Shown one piece after another: positions 1-10,118 of a stretch of DNA of 64,000 nucleotides; position 1 is the first letter of the stretch; each line of letters starts with the position of its first letter. The translations under genes were made by a program, and so were the position numbers. The notes under the pieces were generated by a model that saw only the letters and a list, made by a program, of their open reading frames with translations, was not told the DNA's origin and searched no databases. The stretch is from NCBI GenBank assembly GCA_963667175.2, contig CAXXXF010000003.1:256001-320000 (forward strand), written 5' to 3'. Source of the stretch: Candidatus Latescibacterota bacterium. Its GTDB lineage: Bacteria; Latescibacterota; UBA2968; GCA-2709665.

Positions 1-155
1 TCCGGGCGTACAGGGACGTCGGTTTCACCGGCCCCATCCGTCCCGACCACGTCCCGGTGCTGTCCGGCGAGGCAAACGACCCGCCCGGCTACACCCTGAT
101 GGGCAGGCTCTATGCCATCGGCTATATGAAGGGCCTGTTGGACGGAACGGCCTGA
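1..155 (+). CDS. uxuA: Mannonate dehydratase, 3' end (partial)
   Basis: Frame from base 3 reads RAYRDVGFTGPIRPDHVP...PGYTLMGRLYAIGYMKGLL, ending at TGA 153-155; RPDH and GY..GRL.A.GY.KGL are typical of the UxuA C-terminus. Confidence 0.85.
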   Translation, partial: RAYRDVGFTGPIRPDHVPVLSGEANDPPGYTLMGRLYAIGYMKGLLDGTA

Positions 156-455
156 GGCACTCGCCCTGACCTCTTTAGCTCAAAAACCGGAACTTATATG
201 GATGGACAGGAGGAAAACCAAAGAGCACGAGAAATGCACGAGAAAACGAAGAAAACCAAAAAGCGCGACAAATGCGTGAGAGAACGAGTAAAGGCAATGC
301 ACGAGGAAGCAAGCAACTGCAGGGTCACGGCGTTACGACACACGTCGTTCCGCAGCGGTACTTTTTGTGTCTTTTGTGCCTTTTGTGGCCGATTTAACGG
401 TTGTCTCTTCTCGAATTAAGGTCAGACCCATCGACGGCGTTAAGGTCGGAAATCC

Positions 456-1430
456 ATGCGCGACATCAGAGTCGGCGCCGCCCAGTTCGAAGCGAAAGAC
501 GCCGATAAGCCCTTCAATCTGTCCCGGATCGAGGCGCTCACGAGGCGGGCCGTCGACGAGGGCGCCGAAATCGTCTCCTTCCACGAATGCTGCATTCCCG
601 GTTACACCTTTCTGCAGACCCTCTCACGCGCACGCATCGCCGAAGTGGCGGAACCCGTTCCGGGCGGCCCCTCCACGAGACGCCTGATCGAGATCGCAAG
701 GGAGCACAACGTCTCCGTGCTGGCCGGCCTTGTGGAGACGGACAACGACGCCCTGTACAACACGTACGTCGCCGTGGGTCCCGACGGCTTCATCGCGAAA
801 CACCGCAAACTGCACGCTTTCATCAGCCGGTTTATCGCGTCGGGCGATGCGTTCACTGTTTTCGACCTGTGCGACTGCCGTGCCGGCATTCTGATCTGTT
901 ATGACAATAACCTGCCCGAGAACGTGCGGCTTACCGCCATGATGGGCGCGGAAATCGTGTTCATGCCGCACGTTACCTGCGGGCTCCCTTCCGCAATGCC
1001 CGGCCGGGGCGTCATCGATCGGGCCCTCTGGGAGAACCGCCACCGCGACCCGGTGTCCCTCCGCCAGGAGTTCGACGGGCCCAAGGGGCGGGGTTGGCTC
1101 ATGCGCTGGCTGCCGGCGCGCGCCTACGAAAACGGCGTATACGCCGTATACACCAACCCGATCGGGGTTGATCACGACACCGTCAAGAACGGCAATGCGA
1201 TGATTCTGGATCCGTTCGGCGAGATCGTGGTCGAGTCAGACGCGCTCGAGGACGACGTGGTGGTGGGATTGCTCACCCCCGAGAAGATACCGGTCTCCTC
1301 CGGGTACCGCTATCTGCGCGCCCGCCGCCCCGACCTCTACGGAAAGCTGGCGGAACCCCTTCCGCCCGGTATGCACGGAGGCACGAATCCGGGGTGGAAA
1401 CTGAAGGAACCCGATGACTCCCGGTCTTGA
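456..1430 (+). CDS. Carbon-nitrogen hydrolase (nitrilase) family protein
   Basis: 324 aa with E-K-C triad motifs FHECC, HRKLH, ICYDN. Confidence 0.9.
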   Translation: MRDIRVGAAQFEAKDADKPFNLSRIEALTRRAVDEGAEIVSFHECCIPGYTFLQTLSRARIAEVAEPVPGGPSTRRLIEIAREHNVSVLAGLVETDNDALYNTYVAVGPDGFIAKHRKLHAFISRFIASGDAFTVFDLCDCRAGILICYDNNLPENVRLTAMMGAEIVFMPHVTCGLPSAMPGRGVIDRALWENRHRDPVSLRQEFDGPKGRGWLMRWLPARAYENGVYAVYTNPIGVDHDTVKNGNAMILDPFGEIVVESDALEDDVVVGLLTPEKIPVSSGYRYLRARRPDLYGKLAEPLPPGMHGGTNPGWKLKEPDDSRS

Positions 1431-1818
1431 TACCTCAAAAAAAAGACTTACATGGATGGACAGGATAGACAGGATAAGGACGAAATGAAAAAACCGGAAA
1501 ATTTGAACAATTCATAAATATGAGCCTGTTCGATATGAATATCTCACCCTTGCGCAGTCAATTCAGAAACTGCAACCGACATGGATGGACGGGATAGAGG
1601 CGCGAGCGGGAAAAGTGCTCTCGATTCCGCGGGTCAGCGATAAATCTCACCGCATCGAGTTGTAGGGGCGTCCCTTGTGGGCCTGCCTGCGGCGCCTTTC
1701 TGCGTGCCTGCCTGCGCCGAGACCTGCTCGGCAGGCAGGCGTACACGAACAGGCAGGCAGTGCGCTGCGCAGGCAGGCGACCGGCCTCTCTGGCGTTGGG
1801 ATCCACGGAAAGGAAAAG

Positions 1819-3798
1819 ATGGCGCAGCATTCGGCAGTTCAGACAGCGTCCGAGACGCACGCCGCGCCGCAAACCGACGCGGTGACGCTTCGCGCCGTCG
1901 CCATCGGCCTGCTGCTGGTGCTTGTCGTCAATTTCTGGATTTCAACCACCGAGTACGTCATCCACGCCTCGCGGATGCAACTCTCCTTCTTCCCCCTCGC
2001 CCTCTTCGCCGCGTTCCTCCTGCTGGTCATCGTCAACGGTTGCATTCGCCGTCTCCGGCCGGACAGCGCCCTCCAATCGTCCGAGTTGCTCGCCATTCTG
2101 GCAATGGGATTCGTCGGCGCCGTGGTGCCCACCTCGGGCATCACGGGCTTTCTCCTGGGCATTCTTTCCGGCGTCTACTATTTCGCCACCCCGGAGAACC
2201 AGTGGGCCAACTACCTGCATCCCAATATGCCCGGATGGGCCGTACCCTCAAACGAAAACCACGCGATGACATGGTTTTACGAGGGTCTGCCCGAGGGGCA
2301 GCAGGCGCCGTACCACGCCTGGACCGCGCCGCTCATCAGCTGGATCTTCTTTCTGTTCGCCCTCTGCACGCTCCTGTTCTGCATTTCGGTCATCCTCCGC
2401 AGGCAGTGGGTGCGGAATGAGCGCCTGGTCTTTCCGCTCGCCTCGGTGGGGGCCACGCTGACGCGTGCGTCGCGCGGCGGTTTCCTGCCCGACGCCCTGC
2501 GCGGAGGCCTCTTCTGGGGCGGCTTCGGCGTGGGATTCGGCGCCATTTCCTGGAATATCCTCAACTATTTCTGGCCGGTCGTGCCCAAAATCCCTTTGCA
2601 GGGCAAATGGGTCGTCTTTGCGAAGGGCTTTCCGCGCGTCAATACCCGCATCAACTTTCTGACAGCAGGATTCGCGTACTTCGCCAACCTGAACATCCTG
2701 TTCTCGATCTGGGTTTTCTTCGTGCTCTTCTTCTGGTTCGAAAACGGCATCATCAACCGCATCGGATACGTCATCCCGCGCAAGCCGCTCAACTTCTCCG
2801 CCGAAACCGAAGTCACGGCCTGGCAGGGGTTCGGCGCGCTGACGGCGCTCGTGCTGTGGAACCTCTGGACCGCCCGCGCCCATATCAGGGCCGTCTTCGC
2901 CCGGGCATTCGGAAGAGGCGATGCTGACGATGCCGGCGAAATGCTCTCCTACCGGTTCGCCGTGTTCGGACTCATCGGCAGCCTCGTCTTCATCTGCGCC
3001 TTCTTCTCCCAACTGGGCATGCAGGGCAAGCTCGTCGCACTGCTCGTGCCCGCCCTGATCGTCAACTACCTCTCTATCGCCCGAATCGTCTGCGAGACCG
3101 GTCTGGCCTATATGCGTACCACGTTGACCGAACAGTACGCCGCACTGTATACGATCGGCACCACAGCGCTTGCGCCCGCGAGCATGTCCGGCATCAGCCT
3201 CACGTACAGCCTTGTCTGCCAGGGCAAGGGTACCTTTATGTCGCCCTTCATGCACGCGGCGCGACTCGCGGATCTGATCCGCCGCAACCGGCGACGCCTT
3301 GTGCCCGCTCTGGCACTGGTCGTCGTCGTGGGTCTCGCGGCGGACTTCGCCCTCACCATCTTCCTCGGTTATCGGACCGGCGCGTTCAACTTCAACGCAT
3401 GGCCCTTCTCCAGCGCAGGCCGCTTCGCCTACGACCTGACGGTGACCCAGATGCGGAGTCCGTTCGATACCAGCTGGGAGCGCCTGGCGGTCTTCTGCGT
3501 GGGCGCCTCCGCAATGTCTCTGCTGACCTTTCTGCACTACCGTCTGCCGTGGTGGCCCTTTCACCCCATCGCGTTTCCGATTGCCTTTTCCTGGAACACC
3601 CAGCTCACGTTCTTCTCGATCTTTGTCGTCTGGGCGATCAAGGCCATTCTGCTCAAGGTAGGCGGCGTCAACCTGTACCGGAAGTGGCAACCCGCCTTTC
3701 TGGGTCTGCTGGCCGGATATGTTCTGGCGATCACATTGTCCTTCGTCGTCGACGCGATCTGGTTTCCCGGCCAGGGACACGGCGTGCACAACTATTAG
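1819..3798 (+). CDS. Polytopic membrane protein, DUF6785-like / putative peptide transporter
   Basis: ATG 1819 after AAGGA; many hydrophobic helices; motifs LRRQW...ERL.FP and PWWPFHP. The longer ORF start at 1675 runs through repeat DNA. Confidence 0.75.
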   Translation: MAQHSAVQTASETHAAPQTDAVTLRAVAIGLLLVLVVNFWISTTEYVIHASRMQLSFFPLALFAAFLLLVIVNGCIRRLRPDSALQSSELLAILAMGFVGAVVPTSGITGFLLGILSGVYYFATPENQWANYLHPNMPGWAVPSNENHAMTWFYEGLPEGQQAPYHAWTAPLISWIFFLFALCTLLFCISVILRRQWVRNERLVFPLASVGATLTRASRGGFLPDALRGGLFWGGFGVGFGAISWNILNYFWPVVPKIPLQGKWVVFAKGFPRVNTRINFLTAGFAYFANLNILFSIWVFFVLFFWFENGIINRIGYVIPRKPLNFSAETEVTAWQGFGALTALVLWNLWTARAHIRAVFARAFGRGDADDAGEMLSYRFAVFGLIGSLVFICAFFSQLGMQGKLVALLVPALIVNYLSIARIVCETGLAYMRTTLTEQYAALYTIGTTALAPASMSGISLTYSLVCQGKGTFMSPFMHAARLADLIRRNRRRLVPALALVVVVGLAADFALTIFLGYRTGAFNFNAWPFSSAGRFAYDLTVTQMRSPFDTSWERLAVFCVGASAMSLLTFLHYRLPWWPFHPIAFPIAFSWNTQLTFFSIFVVWAIKAILLKVGGVNLYRKWQPAFLGLLAGYVLAITLSFVVDAIWFPGQGHGVHNY

Positions 3799-3966
3799 CC
3801 ACTGAGAGTCAACAACAGGAACTCACATGGATGGACAGGATGAAAACCCAGAGACTGGAATACACTCATTTCGTGCGATAGCGTTGATTTCCTCCACCCA
3901 GGGCCGCAAATACACGGGGCCGACGAATGTCTCGTCGGCCCCTTTTTGTCACGGTTACGGCTACCG

Positions 3967-6000
3967 TCACGGCATCACCCGGAACACCGCGGAACTCGTC
4001 GCCCGGCTCTTTGCCCGCAAGTCCTCCACGACCACCCTGAAGGCCCAGGGACCGGGCTTCGACCCTTCCATGTCCAGGGTGAGATAGTGCGGCTGCCAGT
4101 CCCGGGTCTCGTCGTACAAGTTGGTCACGGCCGTGGTCCACTCCGGAATCGCGTCGTCGTCTTCCTTCCACTTCTCCGGCAGCAGGCGGGTCTGGTACGT
4201 GATCCGGTACCTTGTGGCGCCGAACTCATTCCGCTTCAGATTGTAAACCTCGAAATAGAACGACATGCTTGCGTCCCGCTGGCACTGCTTCAAAGGATTG
4301 GGCAACACCATAAATCGGTCCCGGCCGAACGGCCGGTCGTCGTGTTCGACGACCCGCTGAGCCAGCAGCAGATCGCTGATCTGCAGTCTGTCTCTGCCGA
4401 ATCCGCTGATCTCAAGCGACTCGCGAAAGGTCCCGAGGCTGTGCCGGCTGAGATCCTCCGTCTCGACCGACAGGTGGTACGTCCCCGGATCCATCGACAG
4501 ACGCTCGCCCCAGAAGAGGTATCCGTCCCGAACGGCGTTGCCTTCGATCCACGGCATTCTGTGAATGGGCGAGATGGTCTTTCGGACTTCCTTCCACCCC
4601 GCGTCAAACAGAAACAGGCCCTGCTTGAGATCCACTGCCTGTATACCGGAACTGACCTCCCGGTGCGCCACGTGTTCGCCGGCAAGCGCATAGTACAGCT
4701 CCACGCGGGTTTTGCCGTTCTCTCCCCGGAACTGCGCGATCTCGAACGGCGCATCGTACCGCTTCAGCCAGTACGGGTCGCTGTAGTACTCGGGGATCCG
4801 CGCCAACAGGTCCTTGAACTTGCTTCTGACCGAACCGCGGATGGCGACCTGCAGCACCTCCCAGTTTCGTTCCCCAAGGCGCTCGAACGTCACGCTGAAA
4901 CCGGGATAGCTCCACGTCTCGCGGAGCAGCACGTAATTCATCCGGTCCAGGTAGATGTTTCGCGCGTCGGGATGCCCGTATCGAATGTACACCTGGCCGC
5001 GGTCCGTCTCCCATCCCTCGACGCCCCGGTCCGGATCGGCGAACCTGAGATTGGCGTAGGCCACCCGCCTGCAGTGTTCCAGCATCCGCTCGTTCCCGGG
5101 AGTCAGAAACAACGGATCCCGTCCCGTCCAGAACCGCCGCAGCGTTTCCTCGTCCGGCAGCTCGCCGCCGTCTTTCAACGCTTCCCGGTCCGTCAACACC
5201 ACCACGGACCGGATGAACTGCTGTTCCAGCGGCGACATCAGGTCCAGACCTTCCGAATAGAGGGCGAAGGCTTTGTCCAGGTTCTCCCGATTCTGGTATC
5301 CCAGCCCCGTGAAGAAGTACGCGTCCCAGTCTTCCGGGTGGCGTTGAGCGTATTGTTCGAACAGCTCCACGAGTCGATCGGCCATGTGTCCTTCCAGGTA
5401 GACCTGGCCCAGCAGAATCCGCGCGGGACGATGTTCCGGATCCACCTCCAGCACACGGGTCAGATAGCCGATCGCCTGCTCCCGCATCCCCCTGCCGTAA
5501 TTCCCGTAGTGGAACCTTCGCTTGCGTTCCGGTCCCGACTTCAGGGTTTCCCGTTCCAGATTGTACATCATTTCCCGGGCCGCGTATCTGCCGGCCTGAT
5601 AGAGGGCGTCGGCGTCGTTCGGCGACAGCGCGATCGCCCGCCGGATATGCGCGTAGAACTCCTTACGGGACCCCGCCTGCCAGTAGATTTCCGCGTACGT
5701 CTTCACGTAAGCCGCGTTCTCCGGCTCCCGCTTCATCGCCCGTTGCGCCCACTGCCGGGCGAACCGCCTGGACAACACGGAGCCGCGACGCAGATAGTGT
5801 CTGGCCAGGGCGTGCATCGCCCGTCCGGACGGATCGTATCGAACCGCCCGCTCCATCAGCGATACGCGCTTCATGTGCGACAGAGAGGTATCCGCCGCGG
5901 AGGCAAGAAGGGCCGCCACTTTATACGCGTCCCTTTTGGCGGCCGGCAACGGCGCGGCGAAGCAAAGGATGGTCGGGATCAACAGCGCAAAACGCAACAT
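3967..6000 (-). CDS. GWxTD domain protein with N-terminal TPR repeats, secreted
   Basis: Signal peptide MLRFALLIPTILCFAAPLPA, TPR-like helices, FW..RDP...PGNE...EH.RR and GWETDRGQVYIRYG motifs, C-terminal Ig-like YFEVYNL domain. Confidence 0.9.
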   Translation of the reverse strand: MLRFALLIPTILCFAAPLPAAKRDAYKVAALLASAADTSLSHMKRVSLMERAVRYDPSGRAMHALARHYLRRGSVLSRRFARQWAQRAMKREPENAAYVKTYAEIYWQAGSRKEFYAHIRRAIALSPNDADALYQAGRYAAREMMYNLERETLKSGPERKRRFHYGNYGRGMREQAIGYLTRVLEVDPEHRPARILLGQVYLEGHMADRLVELFEQYAQRHPEDWDAYFFTGLGYQNRENLDKAFALYSEGLDLMSPLEQQFIRSVVVLTDREALKDGGELPDEETLRRFWTGRDPLFLTPGNERMLEHCRRVAYANLRFADPDRGVEGWETDRGQVYIRYGHPDARNIYLDRMNYVLLRETWSYPGFSVTFERLGERNWEVLQVAIRGSVRSKFKDLLARIPEYYSDPYWLKRYDAPFEIAQFRGENGKTRVELYYALAGEHVAHREVSSGIQAVDLKQGLFLFDAGWKEVRKTISPIHRMPWIEGNAVRDGYLFWGERLSMDPGTYHLSVETEDLSRHSLGTFRESLEISGFGRDRLQISDLLLAQRVVEHDDRPFGRDRFMVLPNPLKQCQRDASMSFYFEVYNLKRNEFGATRYRITYQTRLLPEKWKEDDDAIPEWTTAVTNLYDETRDWQPHYLTLDMEGSKPGPWAFRVVVEDLRAKSRATSSAVFRVMP

Positions 6001-6177
6001 GACGCAGCCCACGTGAATCGGCGGAGACGGAAGAACGGCGACCGGCGGGATGAAGGCGCGCGCCGCATCCGCTTACGGTACGTATCCCGTGTACCTTTTG
6101 TAGACCCTGAAATGGAACGAAAGGTTCCGCTGGCTTGAGTACCGACGCTTCGACCGGAGGGGCCGGCCGCGCGCCGG

Positions 6178-8298
6178 CTACCATCGCACGCGAAAACGGG
6201 TCATGGATTCGGCCTCGGCGTCCGCCAGCAGGTCCTCGACGATCACCCGGAAGGCGCGCAATCCCGGCGCGGTATCGGCCATATCCACCCGCAGATACCG
6301 GGGTTCCCAGTCCCGAACGCCCCGGTACGTATAAGAAACCGCCGTGGTCCACTCCGGCCGCGGGTCATCCAGCCGGCTCCTCTCGGGGATCACCTGGGTC
6401 TGATAGCCAATCCTGTAGTGCGTGGCGCCGAAGGGATCGCGCGCCAGGTTGTACACCTCAAAATAAAACCACGCGCTTCCGTCGCGCGAGCACTCCCGCA
6501 GCGGGTTGGGCAGCACCATGAAACGGGCGCGGACCATCGGCCACTCGTCCCGCTCCACGATGCGCCGCGCCATCAGCAGGCTGCTGATTTCCAGCGAATC
6601 GGCGGTGAACCGCCTGACCCGCAACCGGTCCCGGAACGTGCCCACTTTCCTCGTCGCCTGGTCCTCCGCCTCTCCCGCCAGGTGATAGTCTCCGGGCGCC
6701 AGCGTCAGCTGCTCGCTCGCGAGAAGGTATCCCCTTCTGGTCGAGACGTAGTGTATCCAGGGCATCCGGCGCACGCGCCCAACCTCCCGCCGCAGCGTAT
6801 CCCACGCCGCGTCGAACAGGAACATCGCCTGCAGCACGTCCACCGCGCGGACCCCGGGGTTGACCTCTTCATGCGCGACCTGGTCGCCCGGAAGCGCGTA
6901 GTATACCTCCACGCCGGTCTTCCCGCCGTCTCGCCGGAACTGAGCAATCTGATGCGGAACGCCGTACTGATACGGGTAGCGGTAGTGGTCCGGGACCGCC
7001 TCGACAAGCTCGCTGAAATTGAGCGTCCGCCCGCCCAGCTTCGACTTGCCGAATCGCCACGAATCCCAGGAATTGGTGTTCAGGAACGACACCTCGAATC
7101 CCTCGTACGTCCACGTATCCTTTCGAGGATGGAATTCGAAGATCCCGCCTGACGGGCGCCATTGCCGCCTCCTCATCTCCGCTTCCTCTTCCAGGGTCTT
7201 TGTCAGGCCAAGATCGATGTCCGCGGGCGTCATGTGCCGCGCGACGGGGTCGCCGTACCGGATGTACGCCTGCCCCCGGGCCGTTTCCCATCCCGCGTAC
7301 CCGTTGATCGGGTCGCCGAACCGCAGGTTGGCGAAGGCCACCCGCCGGCATTGCTCCAGCATCCGTTCGTTGACCTCGCTGAGATACAGCGGATCCTTCC
7401 CGAACCAGAATTTCCGGATCTCCTCCTCGTCCGGCGGCGGCTCGTCGTTCTTCCAGGATTTCCTGTCCCGCATCAGAAAGACCGACTGCATGAACCGGCG
7501 CTGCCGGTCGGACAACTGCGCCAGCCCGTCCACGTAGGCGCGGTAGGCCGCTTCCGGGTCACCCTTCGCCTGGTGGCCGAGCCCCTTGAAGAAATAGGCG
7601 TCCGCGCGGCCCGGATTGCGTTCGATATCGTCCTTGAACAGGGAGATCAGCGCATCCGGCATGCGCGCCAGATAGTATGCCAGCCCAAGGTGCGCGCGGG
7701 ACGGCCAGTGGTCCGGATCCAGCCACAGGGCGCGGCTCAGATAGTCGATCCCGACGTCCACGTCCACGTCCGCGTACCCGCGCTGCGCGAACGTGCGCCC
7801 CGCGGTCACGTCTCCGTCGCCTGCCACACGAGTCTCGTCGCCCGCCGCCTCCCGCGTGAAGAACGTCATTTCCCACGACCAGACCACGAACCGTCCCGCC
7901 CAATAGTGCGCGCGCACGTTCTCGGGGTCCAGCGCGATGGCCTCCCGCGCCCTCTTGTACGAGCCGGACCGGGGGCCGGTGCGCCAGAGCAGTTCCGCGA
8001 AGGTCGCCACGTATTCCGAGTTATCGGGTTCGCGCCCCAGCGCCCGCTTCAAGAGCGACCGCGCCTGCTGGCGCGAAAACGTCGTGCCTTTCTCCAGCCG
8101 CAACCGCGCGAGCGCATGCAGGGCTCTTCCCGTCCGGTCGAGTTCGATCGCGTCCTTCAGCAGGTCCCGGCGTCTGTCCATCTCCAGCGAGGTGTCCGTG
8201 GATGCCTGAACGAGCGAATCCACCGTCGCCGGGTCCCCCTGCGCGGCCTGCGCGAGGACCGTTAGCGACAACAGGCAAACGAACGTGGTTCGAATCAT
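6178..8298 (-). CDS. GWxTD domain protein with TPR repeats, secreted
   Basis: Signal peptide MIRTTFVCLLSLTVLAQAAQG; GWETARGQAYIRYGDP; paralogous to 3967-6000. The first ~395 codons of the listed 1101-aa ORF are an alternative frame of the upstream enolase gene. An alternative start at 8340 is possible. Confidence 0.85.
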   Translation of the reverse strand: MIRTTFVCLLSLTVLAQAAQGDPATVDSLVQASTDTSLEMDRRRDLLKDAIELDRTGRALHALARLRLEKGTTFSRQQARSLLKRALGREPDNSEYVATFAELLWRTGPRSGSYKRAREAIALDPENVRAHYWAGRFVVWSWEMTFFTREAAGDETRVAGDGDVTAGRTFAQRGYADVDVDVGIDYLSRALWLDPDHWPSRAHLGLAYYLARMPDALISLFKDDIERNPGRADAYFFKGLGHQAKGDPEAAYRAYVDGLAQLSDRQRRFMQSVFLMRDRKSWKNDEPPPDEEEIRKFWFGKDPLYLSEVNERMLEQCRRVAFANLRFGDPINGYAGWETARGQAYIRYGDPVARHMTPADIDLGLTKTLEEEAEMRRRQWRPSGGIFEFHPRKDTWTYEGFEVSFLNTNSWDSWRFGKSKLGGRTLNFSELVEAVPDHYRYPYQYGVPHQIAQFRRDGGKTGVEVYYALPGDQVAHEEVNPGVRAVDVLQAMFLFDAAWDTLRREVGRVRRMPWIHYVSTRRGYLLASEQLTLAPGDYHLAGEAEDQATRKVGTFRDRLRVRRFTADSLEISSLLMARRIVERDEWPMVRARFMVLPNPLRECSRDGSAWFYFEVYNLARDPFGATHYRIGYQTQVIPERSRLDDPRPEWTTAVSYTYRGVRDWEPRYLRVDMADTAPGLRAFRVIVEDLLADAEAESMTRFRVRW

Positions 8299-8363
8299 GC
8301 GCGTCTCCGAAATCCCGGCGGATTTCGATTCTCCCGGCATCGATTCATCCGATTCGTCGCCGG

Positions 8364-9479
8364 CTACGCGGCGTGAATCGTCTCGTGCGCGCGGCTGTAC
8401 CGCTCCAGGGCCGTCAAATCCAGTTCGCATCCCAGCCCGGGGTCCATGGGAACCGGCGCGAATCCTTCCGCAAAAGCGATCTGCTCCCGGATCAGGTTGC
8501 TTTCCCGGACCCAGCTTCCCACGACGTCCGACGCCATGGTGCAGTTGGGCGTCGCCGAAATCGCGTGCACGTACGACGCTTCCAGGATTCCCAGATCCAC
8601 GCCCGATCCGTGCCAGCAGCGCAGCCCGGCCGCCTGCGCCACGGCGGCGCTCTTTACGAAGCCCGTCATGCTCCCGCCCAGGTTCACGCAGTCCACCACG
8701 CCTGCCTTCACCGCCCGAATCACGTCCGGACCGCTCCCCAGGTGCATCGCAATCGGGACGTTGACGGCCTCGTAGATCGCAACGTAGCCCTCCAGGTCCG
8801 ACTTGGGTATCGGGTCTTCGAATACCTCGACGTTGCCCAGGGGCTCGAGTTGCCCGGCGAGCTCGATCGTCTGTTCGGCCGTGCGGAACCGCTCGTTGGG
8901 GTCGACGGTGACCTTGAATTCCGGGCCGGCGACGTCCCGGATCGCCCGCAGCCGTTCCACCATCGGTTCCTCGATCCTGCACTTGATCTTGATCCCCTTG
9001 AAGCCGTGTTCGAGCGCCCGCGCGACCGTCCGCTTTCCGTCCTCGGGCGTCTGGGACCCCATCCAGTAGTCCGCCCGCACCCGGTCGCGCACGGCCCCGC
9101 CGAGCAGGGCGTGCACGGGAAGTCCGCGCGCACGGCCGATCAGGTCGAATACCGCCGTCTCGAGGGCGTGATACGCCGGACCCGTTCCCGCTTCCAGCAT
9201 CGTCTCGGCGCCGTCGGCGCGGGACTCGTAGATATTCTGCAGCGTCACCGTTTCGGGGTCCCGACCCAGCACCAGGTCCGCGCCCGCGCGCACGTCCTCG
9301 ATGGGCACGCCCCGGCCGGTCTCTCCCAACCCGCAGGTTTCGGTGTCCGTATTGAGCCGGAGGATATGCTTGGGCACGACGTCCCACCCGACTTCGGGGA
9401 CCCATTCGGGGCTGTTCACGCGCCCCGGAAGACTCGGCACCACCACGGTCCACACGTCCATTGACGTCATCTTCATCAT
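8364..9479 (-). CDS. Mandelate racemase/muconate lactonizing enzyme (enolase superfamily)
   Basis: GLGE, A.FDLIGR..GLPVH.LLGG..RDRV, KIK, VDPNE, EDP and PGLG.E motifs. Confidence 0.88.
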   Translation of the reverse strand: MMKMTSMDVWTVVVPSLPGRVNSPEWVPEVGWDVVPKHILRLNTDTETCGLGETGRGVPIEDVRAGADLVLGRDPETVTLQNIYESRADGAETMLEAGTGPAYHALETAVFDLIGRARGLPVHALLGGAVRDRVRADYWMGSQTPEDGKRTVARALEHGFKGIKIKCRIEEPMVERLRAIRDVAGPEFKVTVDPNERFRTAEQTIELAGQLEPLGNVEVFEDPIPKSDLEGYVAIYEAVNVPIAMHLGSGPDVIRAVKAGVVDCVNLGGSMTGFVKSAAVAQAAGLRCWHGSGVDLGILEASYVHAISATPNCTMASDVVGSWVRESNLIREQIAFAEGFAPVPMDPGLGCELDLTALERYSRAHETIHAA

Positions 9480-9685
9480 TCACTCCTCGATTTGGGGTGT
9501 TCGGAATATGAATGTATCCGTCATTCGTCCGCCCTTACTGTGATGCTGAGAAATCCGACGTGAGGGTGGGGCCTGCCTGCGCCAGGCGAAGCGCGGCAGG
9601 CAGGCAGACGTTCCCGTCTGCCCGCTTCGCACAAACTGCCGTCCTTCGCCAGCCCGAGAAAACCGTTTGCCATCCGCCGGCGCAA

Positions 9686-9717
9686 ACTGTATATTGATAG
9701 TAATACACTAATACACT
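9686..9717 (+). promoter_or_regulatory. Probable YtrA/GntR operator overlapping an AT-rich promoter
   Basis: ACTGTA-N12-TACACT plus repeated TAATACAC directly upstream of the GntR gene; resembles TGTA..TACA operators of the YtrA subfamily. Confidence 0.6.
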
Positions 9718-9731
9718 TTGGAGAATCCGCA

Positions 9732-10118
9732 ATGCTGATATCAATCGACCACCACAGCGGCGTGCCGGTCTACCGGCAGTTGATGGACCAGATCAAGTTT
9801 CATATCGCCAGCGGTCTGCTGAGATCGGGTGAAAAACTGCCCGCCACGCGCGCCCTTTCCGCGGAACTTGGGGTCAACCCGATGACGGTCAGCAAAGCCT
9901 ACGGCTTTCTGGAAGCCGAGGGCGTCGTGGAACGGCGCCGCGGACGTCCTCTGACCGTGAGTTTCCTGAAACCTGAAAAGATCCACGTGCACAAACTGGA
10001 CCGGTTGAAGCAGAGCCTGGCGCCCATCGTGGCGATCGTCAGGCAGCTGGGAATCGAAAAGTCGCAGGCCCTGGACGCGTTCGGCGCAATGCTGGACGAC
10101 GCCGGGGACATGGGATGA
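9732..10118 (+). CDS. GntR family transcriptional regulator, YtrA subfamily
   Basis: 128 aa; PVYRQL..QIK..IASG.L..GEKLP..R.LS.ELGVNPMTV.KAY winged HTH; precedes an ABC transporter. Confidence 0.92.
   Translation: MLISIDHHSGVPVYRQLMDQIKFHIASGLLRSGEKLPATRALSAELGVNPMTVSKAYGFLEAEGVVERRRGRPLTVSFLKPEKIHVHKLDRLKQSLAPIVAIVRQLGIEKSQALDAFGAMLDDAGDMG

Noticed and set aside
198-419. 73-aa ORF between uxuA and the nitrilase
   Set aside because: Composed of intergenic repeat sequence (ATGGATGGACAGGA start, octamer tracts); unlikely to be coding.
3946-6138. Long antisense/shadow ORFs (3946-6138 +, 2248-3789 -, 39227-40768 -, 41104-42834 -, 61728-63194 -, others)
   Set aside because: Typical high-GC shadow frames opposite well-supported genes, with no recognisable motifs.
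8299-9483. N-terminal 395 aa of the listed 1101-aa ORF
   Set aside because: Arg/Gly-rich alternative-frame translation overlapping the enolase-family gene; the real GWxTD protein starts at its signal peptide.
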